NCBI GenBank assembly: GCA_003534295.1
Contig: DPDV01000007.1
Span: 4,127-68,126, forward strand
Source of the DNA: Clostridiales bacterium
Lineage (GTDB): Bacteria; Bacillota; Clostridia; TANB77; CAG-508
Direction: 5' to 3'
DNA: 64,000 nt
Shown here in pieces: positions 63,737 to 64,000 of the stretch; the first letter of the stretch is position 1, and every line of letters starts with the position of its first letter. Under the pieces are notes generated by a model. It was not told the origin of the DNA. It saw nothing but the letters and a program-made list of their open reading frames with translations, and searched no databases. The position numbers and the translations under genes were made by a program.

Positions 63737-63979
63737 ATGGAAGAAATAGAAAAGATGAAGTTAACTAAAAGTATAGTAGAAATTCAAAATAAAATTATAA
63801 ATTATGATAGAAATAGTGCAATTGAATTAATAAAAAAAGTGAGAGAAGATCATAAAGGAAAGGAACAAATTGCATATGTTTTAAATAGTATTCCGTTAGA
63901 AATGGGAACAGATGAGATGATAATAAAAACGTTACAAGCTGAAGAGATTAGATTAACTTTAAAACTAAAAAATGAATAG
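63737..63979 (+). CDS. hypothetical protein
   Basis: 80-aa ORF followed by a terminator. Confidence 0.3.
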   Translation: MEEIEKMKLTKSIVEIQNKIINYDRNSAIELIKKVREDHKGKEQIAYVLNSIPLEMGTDEMIIKTLQAEEIRLTLKLKNE

Positions 63980-63980
63980 C

Positions 63981-64000
63981 AGGTGATCCCTGCTTTTTCT
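63981..64000 (+). terminator. rho-independent terminator
   Basis: GCAGGTGATCCCTGC followed by TTTTT. Confidence 0.5.

Overview
This is a 64 kb, very AT-rich chromosomal segment from a Gram-positive anaerobic spore-former, with Clostridium-like content. Supporting genes are sigK with an N-terminal pro-sequence, a cotJC-like gene, splB, the ylxM-ffh-rpsP-rimM-trmD-rplS operon, a T-box-controlled asnS, and the ireB-ruvX-DUF1292 trio. Core genes fill most of the window: the SRP/ribosomal operon, the tsaE-tsaB-rimI cluster beside a Lon-like AAA+ protease, cmk-plsC-typA, sigK, fba, smpB, and an L,D-transpeptidase. About 20 kb in the middle (~14.4-34.3 kb) is a mosaic accessory region bounded by two convergent tRNA-Gly genes. 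Two families of repeated terminal modules partition it. Both contain the junction sequence TGGAGC(G), which is also the tRNA 3' end. The modules mark cassette-like units, each with a promoter-bearing left end, cargo, and a right end that carries a terminator plus a 24-codon serine-recombinase start stub. Cargo includes a chloramphenicol acetyltransferase, a Qnr-like pentapeptide-repeat protein, an ABC-2 exporter with a leader peptide, LemA/DUF2207, a NUDIX hydrolase, a Fic protein and a 4x80-aa tandem-repeat protein. Also present are a frameshifted IS110 transposase and a serine-recombinase/Mob-Pre relaxase chimera with an in-frame TGA. Several other things stand out. A promoter-plus-hairpin leader motif recurs four times with compensatory base changes. 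A GC-rich palindrome family has the core CCCCAAATGT...ACATTTGGGG. A fused tandem ThyX-like protein sits next to a PflX-like radical-SAM enzyme. A cotJC 3' fragment abuts a large serine recombinase at the window start. rplS carries an acidic C-terminal extension. An 808-aa protein combines a receiver-like N-terminus, AT-hooks, acidic repeats and a degenerate MinD/ParA-like domain. A GC-rich beta-CASP MBL gene is a compositional outlier. The right end is a cluster of decayed mobile-element genes: a truncated IS3, a moaA fragment, and an ISLre2-type transposase with an in-frame TAA. No CRISPR array, rRNA, or recognisable complete defence system was found.
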